From Mobula hypostoma (lineage: Eukaryota), in contig NC_086108.1 in the NCBI RefSeq assembly GCF_963921235.1, positions 67,148,001-67,212,000 on the forward strand: 64,000 bases of DNA, read 5' to 3'. Below the pieces are notes generated by a model. The model worked only from the letters and a program-made list of their open reading frames with translations, did not search any database and had not been told where the DNA came from. This document shows, in pieces, positions 37,930 to 51,690 of the stretch; positions within the stretch are counted from its first letter, which is position 1; the number at the start of each line of letters is the position of its first letter. The translations under genes were made by a program, and so were the position numbers.

Positions 37930-39360
37930 GCCTCCTTCTATATCAAAATAAGAAAGTAAGCATCCATCCCTTTTGAAGAGGGGAGTTCAAAATATTCATG
38001 GTACTCCAAAAAAAAATCGCCTCATCATTTATTTTTAAATAGTGAAATTGATTTTCATATACTTCCTGAAGAAGATATATCTTCTTGACATATTGTACAC
38101 CCTGTCAAAGCTCCTCTGCGTCTGTATGTCTTAATCAAGTCACTTCTCACTCTTCTGAACTTCAGCGGATAAATGCCTAGCCTCTTCAGCTTTTCTCCAT
38201 AAGACCCACCAATTCTAGGAATTAGTCTAGAACTACTTCAAATGCATGAACTTTCTTTCTTAAATAAGGAAACTAATCTTGTATACAGTGCTCCTGATGT
38301 TATCTCACCAATACCCTGTATAAGTGAAGTATGACCTCCCTACATTGGTGTTCACTCCTCTTGCAATGAACATTAACATTCTCCTAGCTTTCCTAAGTGA
38401 CTTCTTTCACTGGCATACTGGCATTTATCAAATCATGCTCAAAGATTCCTAGATTCTTCTGCAGCTTAGAGCTCTGCAATCTCTCGCCATTTAAATATTC
38501 AGATGTTTTCTTATTTTTTTCTCTGCCACGAAAGGTCAATTCTACATCTTCCTGAATTATCTACCATTTTCAAAACTTTTTTCACTCAACCTGTGTATAT
38601 CTCCTAATAATCTCCTGTCTACTTTACTGTTTAGGATCTTACTTATCTTTGAGCTGTTTGAAAATTTATTTATTTATTGAGAATCAGCGTGGAATAGGCC
38701 CTTCCAGAACTTCGAGCCACACCACCCAGCAATCCAGGAGTTAACCCTAGCCTAATCATAGGACAATTTACAATGACTAATTAACCTACCAAATGGCATG
38801 TTTTTGGACTGTGGGAGGAAACCAGAGCACCTGGAGGAAATTGACTTGATCATGGGAAGAATGTTCAAACTCCTTACAGGCAGCAGTGGGTATTAATGTC
38901 TGTCATTAATATAAATCATAACAAGTTCAGGTCCCAGCGCCAATCTGCAGGACATATTATGTGTTACATCTTGCTAACCAGAGAAAGACACATTCATATC
39001 AACTTTCTGCTTCCTGTTAGCAACATGTTACTTTCAGACAATCAACTTTCATTTTCCAAAATAAACTTTGATGTGGCACCTTATCAAATGCCTTCTGAAA
39101 TTCTAGATACTGTACATCCATTGATTTCCCCTTTATCTACTTCATATGTTGCTTCTTCAAAGAACTCCAATAAATTGATTAAACATGACTTCCCTTTTAG
39201 AAAATCATGTTGATTTTGCCTGAATTTTTCATTCAATTTATCTAAGTTTTCTGTTACACTGCCTTTGATAATAACTTATAACATTTTTCCTCCAATAGAT
39301 GTTAAGCAATTGGCCTATACTTTACTACTTTCTATTTCCCACTCTTTTAGAATAACTTTT
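37930..39360 (-). mobile_element. Degraded CR1 LINE with a SINE inserted at about 38670-38890
   Basis: Antisense CR1 RT signatures (CACCTTATCAAATGCCTTCTGAAA; CTTCAAAGAACTCCAATAAATT); V-SINE-like GGACTGTGGGAGGAAACCAGAGCACCTGGAGGAAA. Confidence 0.7.
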
Positions 39361-39689
39361 AGAAAAACAAAACAAAGGCTGTTTTTTTTTAAACTAAAGT
39401 TTCTATCACCAGGTGTGAATGCTTGATGTTGGGAAGGTGTTGGTGAGAAGAGCTGGTTGAAATATACCACCTTGCGCATTTTCCACGGCTGTCATTCTCA
39501 AGACCACTTGATAAAATGGGGAGAAAGGAGCAGAAAACCTAGGCCAGAACAACATTCTGTTTTATGACAAAAAGAGAAAATCAGCCAAGTTAGCAGAACC
39601 AAATTCAAATCATTTAATAGTCAAAAAAAGTTTCCAATAATTCATTAGTTTTTCCAATTTTCCAAATATTTCTATATTTCTTTATGACA

Positions 39690-39970
39690 TCAAACCTATG
39701 CCGGCTCTCATTGCAATCCTATCCCCCTATTAGTTTTCCCTGTAGCCTAGTCTCCTAACATTCCCATCAACATGCACCCCCACCCCTCTGTTTTTACCAT
39801 CCACAAACACAGGGGCAAATTATAGTGGCCAATTAACCTACCAAACAGCAAATCTTTTACACTGGCACAGCGAGAATATAGAACATCCATGCAGTTAACA
39901 CCTAAGGTCTGTCTTGAATCCAGATCACTGGAACTGTGAGATAACAGCTTTTCTAACTGTAGCTCTGTCT
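39690..39970 (-). mobile_element. V-SINE-like element
   Basis: AGGGGCAAATTATAGTGGCCAATTAACCTACCAA central domain and antisense tRNA-like head. Confidence 0.5.
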
Positions 39971-40694
39971 CATCTAATGTACCTTTTCTCCAGCAACTGA
40001 CAATATTTAGGAGAAATTGAATTACTTAATTTTCCTTCTCGGAATCTGAGGCAGACAATCATAACCGCACTCAAATTATGTACTATTATCTAGCTGTTAA
40101 TCCTGAATCTGGAGCAGGATAATGGAGCTGAGAGAGGACCTCAGGTCTACACATCAGCATGTGCCAGCGCAGCCTGGGCTTTCAATGTCAAAAACAATCC
40201 TCCCTGGGATCAGGTTCAAACTTGGCTTCAGATCTTTAGCTTTGATCTGAATTTCTGTTACTTCAATTCAAACCTCACTAACACTACGGAAGTATATGTA
40301 AAATATACAGCAAAATTATGAGAAAGGTTTCATATTTCAATCCAATGTACACAATAAATTCACTGGTTTTTCCGTATGGTTGAACTTTCCATATCTTCGT
40401 ATCCTTCAACAATAGATGCATTAAATGATTCTATCTTATCAATGCTGGAATAAATTAACCTAATCTTCCCAATGAGAGGACAGGCGAAGCATTACAGAAG
40501 CAATTTAACTAGCAACTTTCACCAAAACTTCGGCAGAGGTTGTGGAATTCTTTTGAAGACTTGAATCCCTTTGAATATATTCCCACGTGCATTAGGTAAG
40601 AACTCAGTTGCCAGAAATTTGCTGCCACAAGAAATGAGAGACATTGTATAATCGGCAACAACCTGGCAACTAAAACTTTTTACTTGCTCTCGAA

Positions 40695-41000
40695 ATAGTG
40701 ACACAGGTAATAGAATTGCTGTCTAACAGGACCAGAGACCTAGGTTCAATTCTAATCTTTGGTGGTATCTGTGTGGAGATTGCACACTTCGGGGCCTCTG
40801 GTTTCCTTTCATATTACAAAGGTATGGGGGCTGACAGGTTAATTGGCTACTGTAAATTGCCCCTAGTGTGGAGGTTGGGTGAAATTCATATGACTATGGG
40901 AAGAAAAACACCAATGGGATTAATGTAGGATTAGTGTGAATGAATGCTTGGTTGTCATTGCTGGCCTGTTGGGCCAAAGGGTTTGTATGCATGCTGTACT
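40695..41000 (+). mobile_element. tRNA-derived V-SINE-like element
   Basis: Box B-like GGTTCAATTCT; TGTGTGGAGATTGCAC; AGGTTAATTGGCTACTGTAAATTGCCCCTAGTGT. Confidence 0.6.
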
Positions 41001-42508
41001 CCTCTCTACCAACAGCACACGCAGTTTATGGCAATCACCATCACAGACCTCAAAGCTAAGTGCCTTGGTGCTGCCAACATCGCCACCTCTCTTCCAGATG
41101 AGCTAAATCTTTTTTACGCTAGGTTCAATGTCGGCAATACCGAGCCCCCGAGGAGAGCCGCTGAAGTGAGCGGCCTGCACCTTGGTTATATCTGACGCTG
41201 AAGTACGCAGGTGTTTCCAACAGGTGGACAGTCACAAGGCTGTGGGACTGGACAACATCCCAGGGTGGGTACTCAGGATGTGCATGGCTCAACTGGCAGG
41301 TGTGTTTACAGATATTTTTAATCTCTTCTGCTTCAAAACATATGCCATTGTTCCTGCACCTAAAAAGACCAAGGTAACATGTCTGAATGACTGGCATTCC
41401 TGTTGCACTCACCTCAATAATAAGCAAATGCTCTGAGAGGCTGGTGAAGGACTACACCTGCAGCATACTACCACCCACACTGGACCCTCTACAATTCGCC
41501 TACTGACACAACTGATTGATAAAAGACACAATGATCACAGCTCTGCACACTGCCCCTACACATCTGGAGAAGAAGGATGCTTATGTGAGAATGCTGTTCT
41601 TGGACTACAGTTCAGCATTCAACACCACAATTCCCTCCAGGCTTGACAAGAAGCTCAGAGACCTCGACCTTCACCCTGCCTTGTGCCGCTTGATCCCAGA
41701 CTTCCTGTCAGATCACCAGCAGGTGGTATGAGTGGGCTCCCTCAACTTTGCCTCTCTGACCCTCAACACAGGTGCCCCTCAGGGCTGTGTCCTAAGCCCC
41801 ATCCTTTACTCTCTGTATACCCATTGACTGTGTTGGCACCCACAACTCCAAACTGCTAATTAAATTAGTTGACGATACTACATTATTTGGCCACATCACT
41901 GAGGATCTCGCATGATCTGTATATACTGGCTGTGTGGTGAAAATAGCACAACAGCGCCTCTTTCACGTCAGATGGTTGAAGAAGTTTGGCGTGAGTCCCC
42001 AAATCCTAAGGACTTCCTATAGAGGAACAATAGAGAGCATCCTGACTGACTGCATCACTGCCTGGTATGGGAACCGTACTCTGCTCAATTGCAGGACTCT
42101 GCAGAGAGTGATGTGGACAGCCCAGCACATCTGTAGGTGTGAACTTACCATTATTCTGGATATTTACAAAGACAGGTGCATAAAAAGGGCTTGAGAGATC
42201 ATTGGGGACCCAAGTCACCCCAGCCACAAACTGTTCCAGCTGCTACCATCCAGGAAATGGTACCACAGCATAAAAGCCAGGACCAACAGGCTCCAGGACA
42301 GCTTCTTCCACCAGGCCAACAGACTGATTAATTCATGCTGACACAATTGTATTTCTATGTTATATTCACTATCCTGTTGTACATACTACTTACTACAAAT
42401 TACAATAAATTGTATATTGCACATTAAGACGGAGACGTAACATAAAGATTTTATCTCCTCATGTATGTAAAGAATATAAGAAATAAAGTTAATTCCTTTC
42501 AATTCAAA
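41000..42508 (+). mobile_element. Rex1/Babar-type LINE, truncated and internally deleted
   Basis: LPDELNLFYARF, YVRMLFLDYSSAFNT, YRGTIESILTDCITAWYG; AATAAAG followed by TTCAATTCAA tail. Confidence 0.88.
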
Positions 42509-42611
42509 TCAAAAACTAAAGGGGAACAAAATCAGTCACAAAGAATGCTGCTACACCAACTCCAGCCACACCATCTTCAATGTAGTAACAATTTTGAATC
42601 AAACAGCCAAC

Positions 42612-43095
42612 TTCAAAGTTCAAAGTAAGTTTTATTACCAAAGTGCATACAGTATATGTCACCATATACACCCCTGAGATTCATTTTCTTGTAGGCATAA
42701 TCAGTAAATTTATAGAATAGTAACTAAATCAGGATCAATGAAAGATCATCCAGAAGGTATGGGAACATTTCAAAGATGGGGCAAATGAAGTTGAGTGTAC
42801 TTATCCCCTTTTATTCAAGAGCCCGATGGCTGAGGGGTAGTTACTCTTCTTGAACCTGGCAGTGCAATTCTTGAGGTTCTTGTACCTTCTACCTGATGGC
42901 AGCAGCAAGAAGAGATCATGACTTGGGAATTTGGGTCTCCAATGATGAATACTGCTTTCCTACAGTGTTTCATGTAGATATGCTCAACTGTTGGGAGGGC
43001 TTTATCCGTGATGGACTGGGCTGAATCCATTACATTTTGTTTGATTTTCTATTCAAAGGCTTTGGTGCATCCATACCAGGCTGCAATGCACCAAG
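42612..43095 (-). mobile_element. Rex-type LINE 3' fragment
   Basis: DSAQSITDKALPTVEHIY; TTCAAAGTTCAAAGT tail. Confidence 0.78.
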
Positions 43096-45360
43096 GATGC
43101 ATCAGTGAGGAAATCAGAAAATTCATAGCTAGCTTGCTGTGCAAATATTTCAAGACTCAGTGAAAGCATAAAAGATAATTTAAAAAATAGCATTGCCTTG
43201 TGCAGCAGAGGAAACATTCGTCTAAACGCTGGGTCTGATCTACTTCTAAAAGCAATGGAACTTCAGCAAATAGAGTATAACTTGGTTCAAGCACCAATAC
43301 AGTATAAGTATATCCAAGGAAGTCACGTGTATGGGTGGTTATGCAGCTCATAAATTAAATGGGCAGCTACCCAGTATGTCAGCAACAGGAACAGTCAGGT
43401 CAATATATACAGAGGCTCATACAGGGAGGTGGTTTATGGAATAACATTTTAAATTTATTTTCATTAAACCTTGAAGTATTAAACTCATGAAAAAAATATT
43501 GTTAAGAAGTTGTCTCAATGAAAAGAATTTCCACTTGGTGGGAATAATTAACTAGTAAATTTTAATAATTTATAGTAAACTTAGCTACTAAGATGAGGTT
43601 ATGACTCAGTGGTTTTAATGATTTTAATTCTATATAGATTTGCACTAATTTGACTGAAGCTAGGGAACAGATTAATTTTAATTAATTGTAATCTTTTTCT
43701 GTATCATAAGTTCTTCCATTCTAGCCAAAGGCTATGCTTAGAATGATTTAAGAGCTGAGTAGAGCATTGTTACTGGAGGTAAAACAACGGACCAGCAGGC
43801 ACAGTTAGCAGAGCTGAAAGTCACCACCCAGGAGCAGCAGCCTCGCAAATCCTGAAGCATTGAAACCTGACAGGAAGTATCAAAAGAGGGTTGAATTTCT
43901 AAGAAAATAAGTAACAAAAGATGTAGTGTTTCCATGTTCTGAAAGCTAGAGTAGAAACAGGAGAATATATGTGAAGCACCTAAGCTCAACAATATAGCCT
44001 AGAGTCTTGGGAGAAAATCATACTCACACTAATATTAACTATCTCTGAATTTCACCTGGATATTTATCTTCCTTTCAGATGACAATCAAACAAAGCAAAG
44101 TTTGAAAAGCAGGACAAAAATTCCATGCCTCAGTGGCATTGAGAAGAACTGTTTTATAGATGCTTTGGATACACACTTGTTAAACGTAATATATTCAATG
44201 ACAGTTATAAAAGACATGGGATCTTCAGTGAGAGAAGGCTGATAAAAGTTGTTTTTGATTACAGACAAGACAGATTATCTACAATCATTTGTGCAATTCC
44301 ATATTAAATGTCTCAATGTTTTCCGCTTGTAAAGTCATAATTTGTTAAATTGATAATCCCTTGACGACTGAATTTCCTTTTTAGTTGATGAATAGTAGTG
44401 TACTTTTAACTGTACAACAATATGTGTTTTTCAAAAGTATTAGGTTTCTTTTGAAAAGCTCTGAAAAAAAACGATTTGGTGTTAATATTGTCAGTCTCTA
44501 TATAAAAGGTAAATGATTTGACAGTACAACTCCAAGCCTTAAAAGATTAAGCATTGAAGGATACTTTTAGAATACACATTTCCTGTACTTCTGTAGCTAT
44601 TTGTCATATTCTCTTTCATGCTTCACAGAAAGAGTTTCATATTTGTTATATTCAGAATGCATATCAGGATCAAAAAGTCTTAAGAACTTTGAATCTATAC
44701 AATCTACTGATCTCCTACTGAGATCATAAACATGAAACCTTTGTATAGAAAACTGCTCCTTGTTGGCCTTGTTTGGATATTGTTAACTTCAACCAGACAA
44801 ATTGTGTGAATGCATATTTTAAAAAATATTTCACTTAAGACCTTTTTTCCTTAGAATAACATGAAATTAAACAAGGAAAAATGATATTTCTACAATACAA
44901 AAGGTTTAATATACGGAGGGAATCATAGGGAATTGCAGACTACTTAATAAGAACAAGATTTCTTGGTTCTTGCAGATACTGAGTAGATAAAGCTTTTGTT
45001 TAATATATATTTCTGATTTCCTTGATTTTCTTGCTACACTCCAAAACAGAAAATTGGCTTTTCCCCACTCTGTACAATAAATAGAGTTTAATCTTAAGAA
45101 AAAAATAATCCCCATACACAAAAGCAATCTCCTATAGCCTTCCATTCCTACATGATTTCTTTAGTCCTTCAGTTCTGACCTTCATTTTGCCATTAGCTGC
45201 TTGGAGCCTAAACTCCAGAATTTTTTCCCTCATATCACGCCACTTATCTATATTCTGTTCTTGAAGCCATTCCTCAGAGCATATTACACTGGCCAAGTTT
45301 GGGTTGCCTGTTCAAATATCTCATATCTGACAAATTTTGTTTGATTACATTCCTGTAAAG

Positions 45361-47921
45361 TAGTGCTTCCCGACCTTTTTCAGCCCAACACTCTCCTGAA
45401 GCACCTTCGTACTTTCCAATGCCCTCTTAGGCACAATATACTTTCTGGCACTCCCATAGTGTAAAAACATGTCGACCATTTGCTAACATGAGAAAAATGA
45501 TTCTGCTTTAAATTTCTATTTGTCTTTAAACCTAGCTTACACAGTACCTGTGTGCTGTACAGTAGCTTTGATATCAATGTGATCCTTGAGTTTGAAAGTT
45601 TTTAGCAAGAGTTGATATATCTGATTCAAGTTGTGACAGCAAAACCCTTAAGTTTCCACGCCAAACTATGTCCAAGCAGTTTCTGTTTTTGTGAGTATGT
45701 GGTTCACTGCACTGAAGCCTCTTTCAACAAGGTAGGTGGATGGAAATGTAATGAAGAGCAATTTGGCTCTTCTCTAAAGACCAGGAAACTTTGTATGACA
45801 GTATAGCCACATATCACAAAAGTCAACATTTTTGAAAAGCTCTTTTGCTTCTTCATCATTCTGAATTTTGATAATTTCTTGCAAGCTCTCTTCCTGATCT
45901 TCCACCTTGCAAAGAAATGGGTTAATTACCCACCCTGGAATTTCAAGATCATTCAAATCCTTGAATTGATTCTGAAAATCCTTCTCCAGTAACTACAGGT
46001 GTAAGCAGTACTCTTACAAATCACCGTCTGTGAAAGAGAGTGCCATACTTCCCATGCAGGGAAACATTCTCCCAATGTTTTACTTATATATTTCCAATTT
46101 TCCAATGAAAACGGACACTACACTTTTTGCCTGGTTTAGATCGAAATTCTCACCCTGGTTTCATATTTAAAATATTTGTTTTGTCATACAGATTGGCTAG
46201 GTATGCCACATCTCCACATAAGAGTTCAATCTTGTTTCCCAAACTCTTGTTGACTTTGAGCAAAAATTCAACAGCAGTGTCAAAAAGATCAAGGAAACGT
46301 TTTAAGCAGCAGCCTTTTGACAGCCAATACACTTCAGTGTGAAGAAGCAAGCATTCTAACTCTTCATCATTACCTTGGCATAACTGGCAAAATATTCTGC
46401 TATTTAATGGATGAACTTTAATTTTGTAGATAGAATTTATTACAAGAGTCATGCTTGGAAGAAGTTGCTGGCTGAGGTTTTTGGCTGTGAGATGTTGACA
46501 ATGAATTACACAATGGATTGCAAACAAACTTAGAACTTCTTTTTTCATAAATGCCACTAAACCAGCATGGTGACCCGTCATATATGATGCTCTATCTGTT
46601 GCTCAAGAAATCATGTTCCTAATTAGAATATTTTTATCCTCAATATATATTTTAATCTTTCACCAAATGAGTGAGATTTCCACACTTTGCTATCATTTTG
46701 GAAATGTTGTAAGAAACAATGAGACCACGATCAAAGTCATTTTTAGCTTTCTTGGCAAATGACTTGAGTGTGCAACACTTTTCAAATGCTTCTTTCATCT
46801 TCTGGAACTGAGTAATACGTAATACCATAAGTAGCCTTTACAGGGTGTCTTTTATGGAAGTGTTCCTTGAGTCTTGATGGTTTCATGGTTTCATCAAACA
46901 GTACAGTATTAAAAATAAGACACATGGGGCATCACTGATCTGAGGAGAATAGAATAAATCCATACTCCAGGTATGTAACATTGTATTTATGCATTTTCTG
47001 TAGTTCTGTTTCTTAGCAGGATTAGAATTCAAGGCTTCATCATCTTCAGACTCATAGAAATCTTGCCATATGTATTTATCCATCATTAATGGGGTTAAAT
47101 TAAAATAAAAAAACTAACACAAACTGGGAATGTCTATCGGATGTTGATGACGCTAGCAAGTTGAGACTGATGGAACGATGGTAGCGGCACACAAAGGATG
47201 GCAAGATGAAGATGAAAACAATCACATCAGTGAAAATTACTTTGACAAGGATTTAGATTGGAATCTGAACGTTAGTTATGATGGAGCTCGTGTTCGCAAG
47301 CTACCTTTATACTATTCCAGTTAGCATGACTAACCAATCACACAAAGTCTCATAATCCCCAAAGGTGGTTCTTGACTGGATATATGAAGTCAAAGTCACT
47401 TTGAACACCTGAAAAAGAATCCTTGGGGTTGGCAGGTTCACTGATTGGCTTTATTTCACTGTTTAGATCCAGCCAGCGCTGTATCGTTTGCAACCTGTTT
47501 TCCATAGACTTGTAGAGAAAGTTGGGAGGATGTACTTACCAACTGTTAAATTGCATGAACTCATTCCATGCCGCGAGTGCAGGGGAATTGTTGGGCACCC
47601 TGGTTGCTAATTTATGCACCCCGAATAACATCTGTTTGGTTGGCAAGGTCGGATGAGATTGCCGAGTTTCAGATACGTTGTGATGATGAGTGCTCACTGG
47701 TTCTTCGTGTTCCAGTGCTTCATCCTTTTTTTTGGAAGTGCCTGCTCTACTAACTGTCGGTCAGGTCTCGCATCTCAAGTTAGGGTGCTGCTTACCACCC
47801 CTGCCCCTCCAAGAATCTTGAATGCCCCCTGACAACTTCTATTTCCCCTAACACCCCGCTTAGGACACATAACCAACCCTTTTGAGGGGGGGCTTGGTAT
47901 CACCCCCATTGGGAATCAATC
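45361..47921 (-). mobile_element. hAT Charlie/Buster-type DNA transposon, degraded
   Basis: Left end TAGTGCTTCCCGACCTTTTT, putative right end TTGGGAATCAATC; internal transposase remnant; no clear TSD. Confidence 0.8.
45590..47086 (-). pseudogene. hAT transposase pseudogene (SCAND3/ZBED5-like family)
   Basis: MTGHHAGL...IHCVIH (CxxH), LLLHTEVYWLSKG, WVINPF; BED-finger-like CPMCLI...MKPSRLKEH near 46850-46930; frameshifts and stops. Confidence 0.88.
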
Positions 47922-48109
47922 ATCTGTCAATCTGTTACTGGGCCAAATTCTGTTTCATTCAAATGGTGACACTGCTTGGAATGGTGGACAGAAAAAATAG
48001 AGTCACAGAGTCATACAGCTATATAGCATGGAGACATGTTGCTAACCGAGCTCGTCCCATTTCCCTGTATTTGACTCATCTCCCTTGAAACCTTCCCTAT
48101 CCATTTTGA

Positions 48110-48430
48110 AGGAGCTGCTACCTTGCAGTGCCAAAGACTCTGGTTCACTCCTGACCTTCAATACTGTCTGTGTGGAGTCTGCATGCTCTCCCTGTGATCA
48201 AGTCAGTTTCCACCCGATGCTCCAGTTCACTCCCTAAGATATATGGGTTGTTATTTATTCGTCACTGAAAATTCTACTGAGTATGTATTGTAGGAGAGTC
48301 ATATAATCTGGGGGAAATTGATAAGTATGTTGGGAGAATTAAAAAATTGTATCAATATAGGACGACTATAGATGTAGGGGGTGGTTGATGGTCATCATGA
48401 ACTTGGTGAAGGCCTGTTCTGGTACTGTGT
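48110..48430 (+). mobile_element. tRNA-derived V-SINE-like element
   Basis: GGTTCACTCCTGACC box B-like; TGTCTGTGTGGAGTCTGCATGCTCTCCCTGTGA. Confidence 0.55.
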
Positions 48431-48499
48431 TTGTCTTTTATGTTCCTAATTCCTAGCAAGTAGATTTTAATCATTCACAAGATAAAGGACGGTTTGCCA

Positions 48500-50570
48500 A
48501 ATGCGACATCACTAACATGTTGCTCTTGCAATACGATCTAACAAGGTGATAGAACAGCTCTCGTAACACCCAGGAGAAACTCCATCTTAGGCCTCAAGAG
48601 GGTAAAGACCGGCTACATGCAAAAAATTTAGGAACACCTGTAGGATAATGAATCCCACCCTATCAAGAGTGTTACTGACAATGCAAGGAAAAACAGCGTC
48701 AACTATACCAGTGGCACCTCCCTGATGCTCTAAACAACTTTTACGCACACAATGACAGCACAAAAGTTACTCCCTTCTCAGGTGTGCAGCCACTGTCTGT
48801 AACAGAGATAGACCTGAGAAGGACTCTGCAGGAAGTCAATCCCTGCAGAGCCAGAAAAGATCCCAAGCCGTGTACCCGGAGAGTGTGCACACCAGCTCAC
48901 TGACATCTTCAACACTTCACTCATCCAGGCTGCTGTCCCCACAACCTTCAAAACAGCCACCATCATCCCTGGACACTTATGTCAGGATTTGGTTTCCAGA
49001 TTTTGGTTCGGCATTCAAAGTTCATAGAATCAATGAAAGACCACAGCCAACAGGACAGACAAATAAACAGAGTTCAAAGGGCAACAAACTGTGCAAATAC
49101 AAAAGAATTAAAATATAATAATAATAATAACAACAATAATAATAATTTAAATATATTACACATGACAGGATCCTGCAGCAGTTTAACTCAATCTGATTAC
49201 TTAACGCAGGAATAATCAAGTGGCAAACTTCATTCACCAAATCCTTGCTTAAAATATAAACTCATAAAATACACCATACCTTACTTCAAATACAAGCCTT
49301 ATCCAGTTTAGAGTCAGAGTCATGAAGATTATGTTATGACCATTCCATTATTACAGACAGGACAATCCATAAAAATTGGTCGGATATAATATTACAGGAA
49401 AAACAAGCAAGAACTTAATACTTAATAGATACAGCCACTCCAAACACATAATGTACAGAAATCAATAAGTGAAAAACACCAGAAATATGCTTAATTAAAA
49501 GAGGAAATTGAAAGACTATGGATCATGAACAGGGTATACATTGTCCCAATAGTAATATCTACAACTCATACCATCCCAAAGTCACTACACTATAGCATTA
49601 CACAATTAAGCCTACCAGGCAATATTAATGTAAATCTCCAGAAAGCCACAATAATAAACACCACTAGAATGTTCAAAAGTTCCTAGCAATTGAGAAGTCA
49701 GTGTGCTTGGCTATGCCTGTACCTCAGGTTTTACCAGATTGAGCTGAGAGAAATAATTTAAAATAAGCAAATAATTTTGAAAATATGAGACGAAGAGTCC
49801 TTGAAAGTGAGTCCATAGGTTGTGGGAGCAGTTCAGTGATGGGGAGTGAAGCTGAATGAAGTTAACTCTGACCCAGATATACTCTTTCTCCTGCAGTGTT
49901 CAGCTCCATGGCATTGAGGCTGTGAAGACTGCCTCAGCTGCTGTGCTCCATGCCTGCTAATATGATGGCTGACCAAAGCTTTGGGCCTCTTCCAGACTGC
50001 TCCAGGGTTTGGATCTAAGGACTCAATTTGGATTGGAATGTTGTTGCTTTCTTCTATTGTTTGCATGATTTGTGTTTTCTCTCCCCTTTCTCTGCGCATT
50101 AGATGTTGGTTATTATTTTTTTAATTGGGTTCTTTGGAGTTTCTTGCTTTGTGGCTGTCTGTAAGCAAACAAATCTCAAGGCTGTATAATTTATACTTTC
50201 TTTGATAATAGACATACTTGGAAACTCGAAACTTTGAAACATTGTTCAAGAACCTGATGGCTGAGACGTAATAACTGTTCCTGAACCTGGCAGTGTGGGT
50301 CTTGAGGCTTCTGTACCTCCTTCCTGATGGCAGCAGCAAGAAGAGAGCATATTTTGAATGGTGGGGGTCCTTAATAATGGATGCTGCTTTCCTCCAATGG
50401 CAGTCCATGTAGATACGTTCAATGGTGGGGAGGGCTTTACCCACGATGAAGATTCAACAAACTCCTACTCCTCAGTCTAATACACAATGTGCAAATGGGT
50501 GTTGGACTTCCCAACTAACAAAGTACAGATACTCCAGCATGTACAACCATTCTTCCTTCCCATCATTTTC
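48500..50570. mobile_element. Cluster of Rex-type LINE fragments in both orientations
   Basis: 48500-49015 (+) ECAHQLTDIFNTSL; 49015-49870 (-) 3' UTR; 49870-50235 (+) 3' UTR; 50236-50445 (-) IIKDPHH...LLPSGRRYRSL. Confidence 0.72.
49147..49752 (+). mobile_element. R4/Dong-clade non-LTR element 3' fragment (restriction-like endonuclease)
   Basis: Frameshifted HMTGSCSSLTQSDYL...NQVANFIHQ...IITDRTIH...DIILQEKQAR..YLID...EKHQKYA.LKEEIERLW...IVPIVIST; flanked by (AAT)n. Confidence 0.75.
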
Positions 50571-50619
50571 ATGATGATGAGCAGTCCCAAACAGATATGA
50601 GTAGATGTATTGGAATTCA

Positions 50620-50843
50620 ACTCACAAGAGCAAAAAAGCTGCAAGAGGCAAAAGTACAAAGAGGTGAAAGGCAGGCGGAGAGAGGTGCACTGCTGAAAAA
50701 GTGGTTCTCCCAATAAAAGGTCTTACTAGACTCATAAGAGCAAAAAAGCTGCAAGTGGTAAAAGTGCTGACAAGGGTGAAGACAGCCGGCGAGAGGGACA
50801 CTGCTAAAAAAGCCATTCGACTCACAGCTGCAGTGGCAGAAAA
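50620..50843 (+). repeat. Degenerate tandem repeat, about 2.3 units of 90-110 bp
   Basis: ACTCAYAAGAGCAAAAAAGCTGCAAG at 50620 and 50730; partial unit at 50820. Confidence 0.8.
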
Positions 50844-51189
50844 TCATAGTTATCGACTGAAATCCACATCCCAGTAAACGTTAATTCTTGTCTGTGATAA
50901 GCATCCCATGTTGAAGGACTATGCATATTCTCTGAAAAAGTGTCAGAAGTTTACTTGAGTGAAGAAGACATAGATGCACTAGAGGGTGCCCATTGATCCT
51001 GAAGAATTGTAATATCACAGTAAGCACTGACAGAGCTGCAACAAGACTTGTTCTGCAATCTTATCCCCTTATTTAAGAAAGGATATATTACATTGAAGAG
51101 AGTCCAGAAGAGATTCATTAGGTTAGTTCCTGGGATGAGAGATTCCCTTGTTAGGAATCTGTATTATTTGGAATTTAGAAGAATAAGGC

Positions 51190-51690
51190 ACATGTGCTAA
51201 TATACAGTGCAAAACATGGTTCTGAATGCCATCCATTTTAGATCATTTCATTACAACAGTGCATTGAAGCGGTACAATGGAAAACAATGATAAAATGTCA
51301 AATAAAATCAACTGGCCCAAAACGTCAACTGTACTCTTTTCCATAGATGCTGCCTGACCTGCTGTGTTCCTCCAGCATTTTGTGTGCGCTGCTTTGATTT
51401 CCAGCGTCTGCAGATTTTCTCTTGTTTGATGCCGAATAAAATGTTACCATTGCAGAGGGAGGGAAGTGCATGCAGACAATAAGGTGCAAGGCCATAATGA
51501 AGTAGATTATGAGGTCAAAAATGCACCTTACTGTGCTAGGAGGCCAGTCAATAGTCAGTGGAATAGATGCTGTTCTTGAGTGTGGTGGTATGTGTGTTCA
51601 GGTTTTTGTATCTTCTGCTCATTAGGAGTGGGACGAAGAGGTAATGTCCCAGGCGGGTGAGGTCTTTGATTATGTAGGCTGCTTTAGTGA
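51190..51690 (-). mobile_element. Rex-type 3' fragment containing a Penelope pLTR piece (about 51312-51430, +), inside a CR1 3' fragment (about 50960-51960, +)
   Basis: Homologous to 18165-18600; pLTR GGCCCAAAACGTCAACTG...ATAGATGCTGCCTGACCTGCTG. Confidence 0.65.

Noticed and set aside
40513..40595. Open 83-nt segment ending at TTAG|GTAAGA (QLSPKLRQRLWNSFEDLNPFEYIPTCI)
   Set aside because: Weak acceptor and no recognisable protein
46150..46581. Functional ZBED5/SCAND3-like host gene
   Set aside because: Multiple frameshifts and stops, altered RW motif and TIR-like ends indicate a dead transposon
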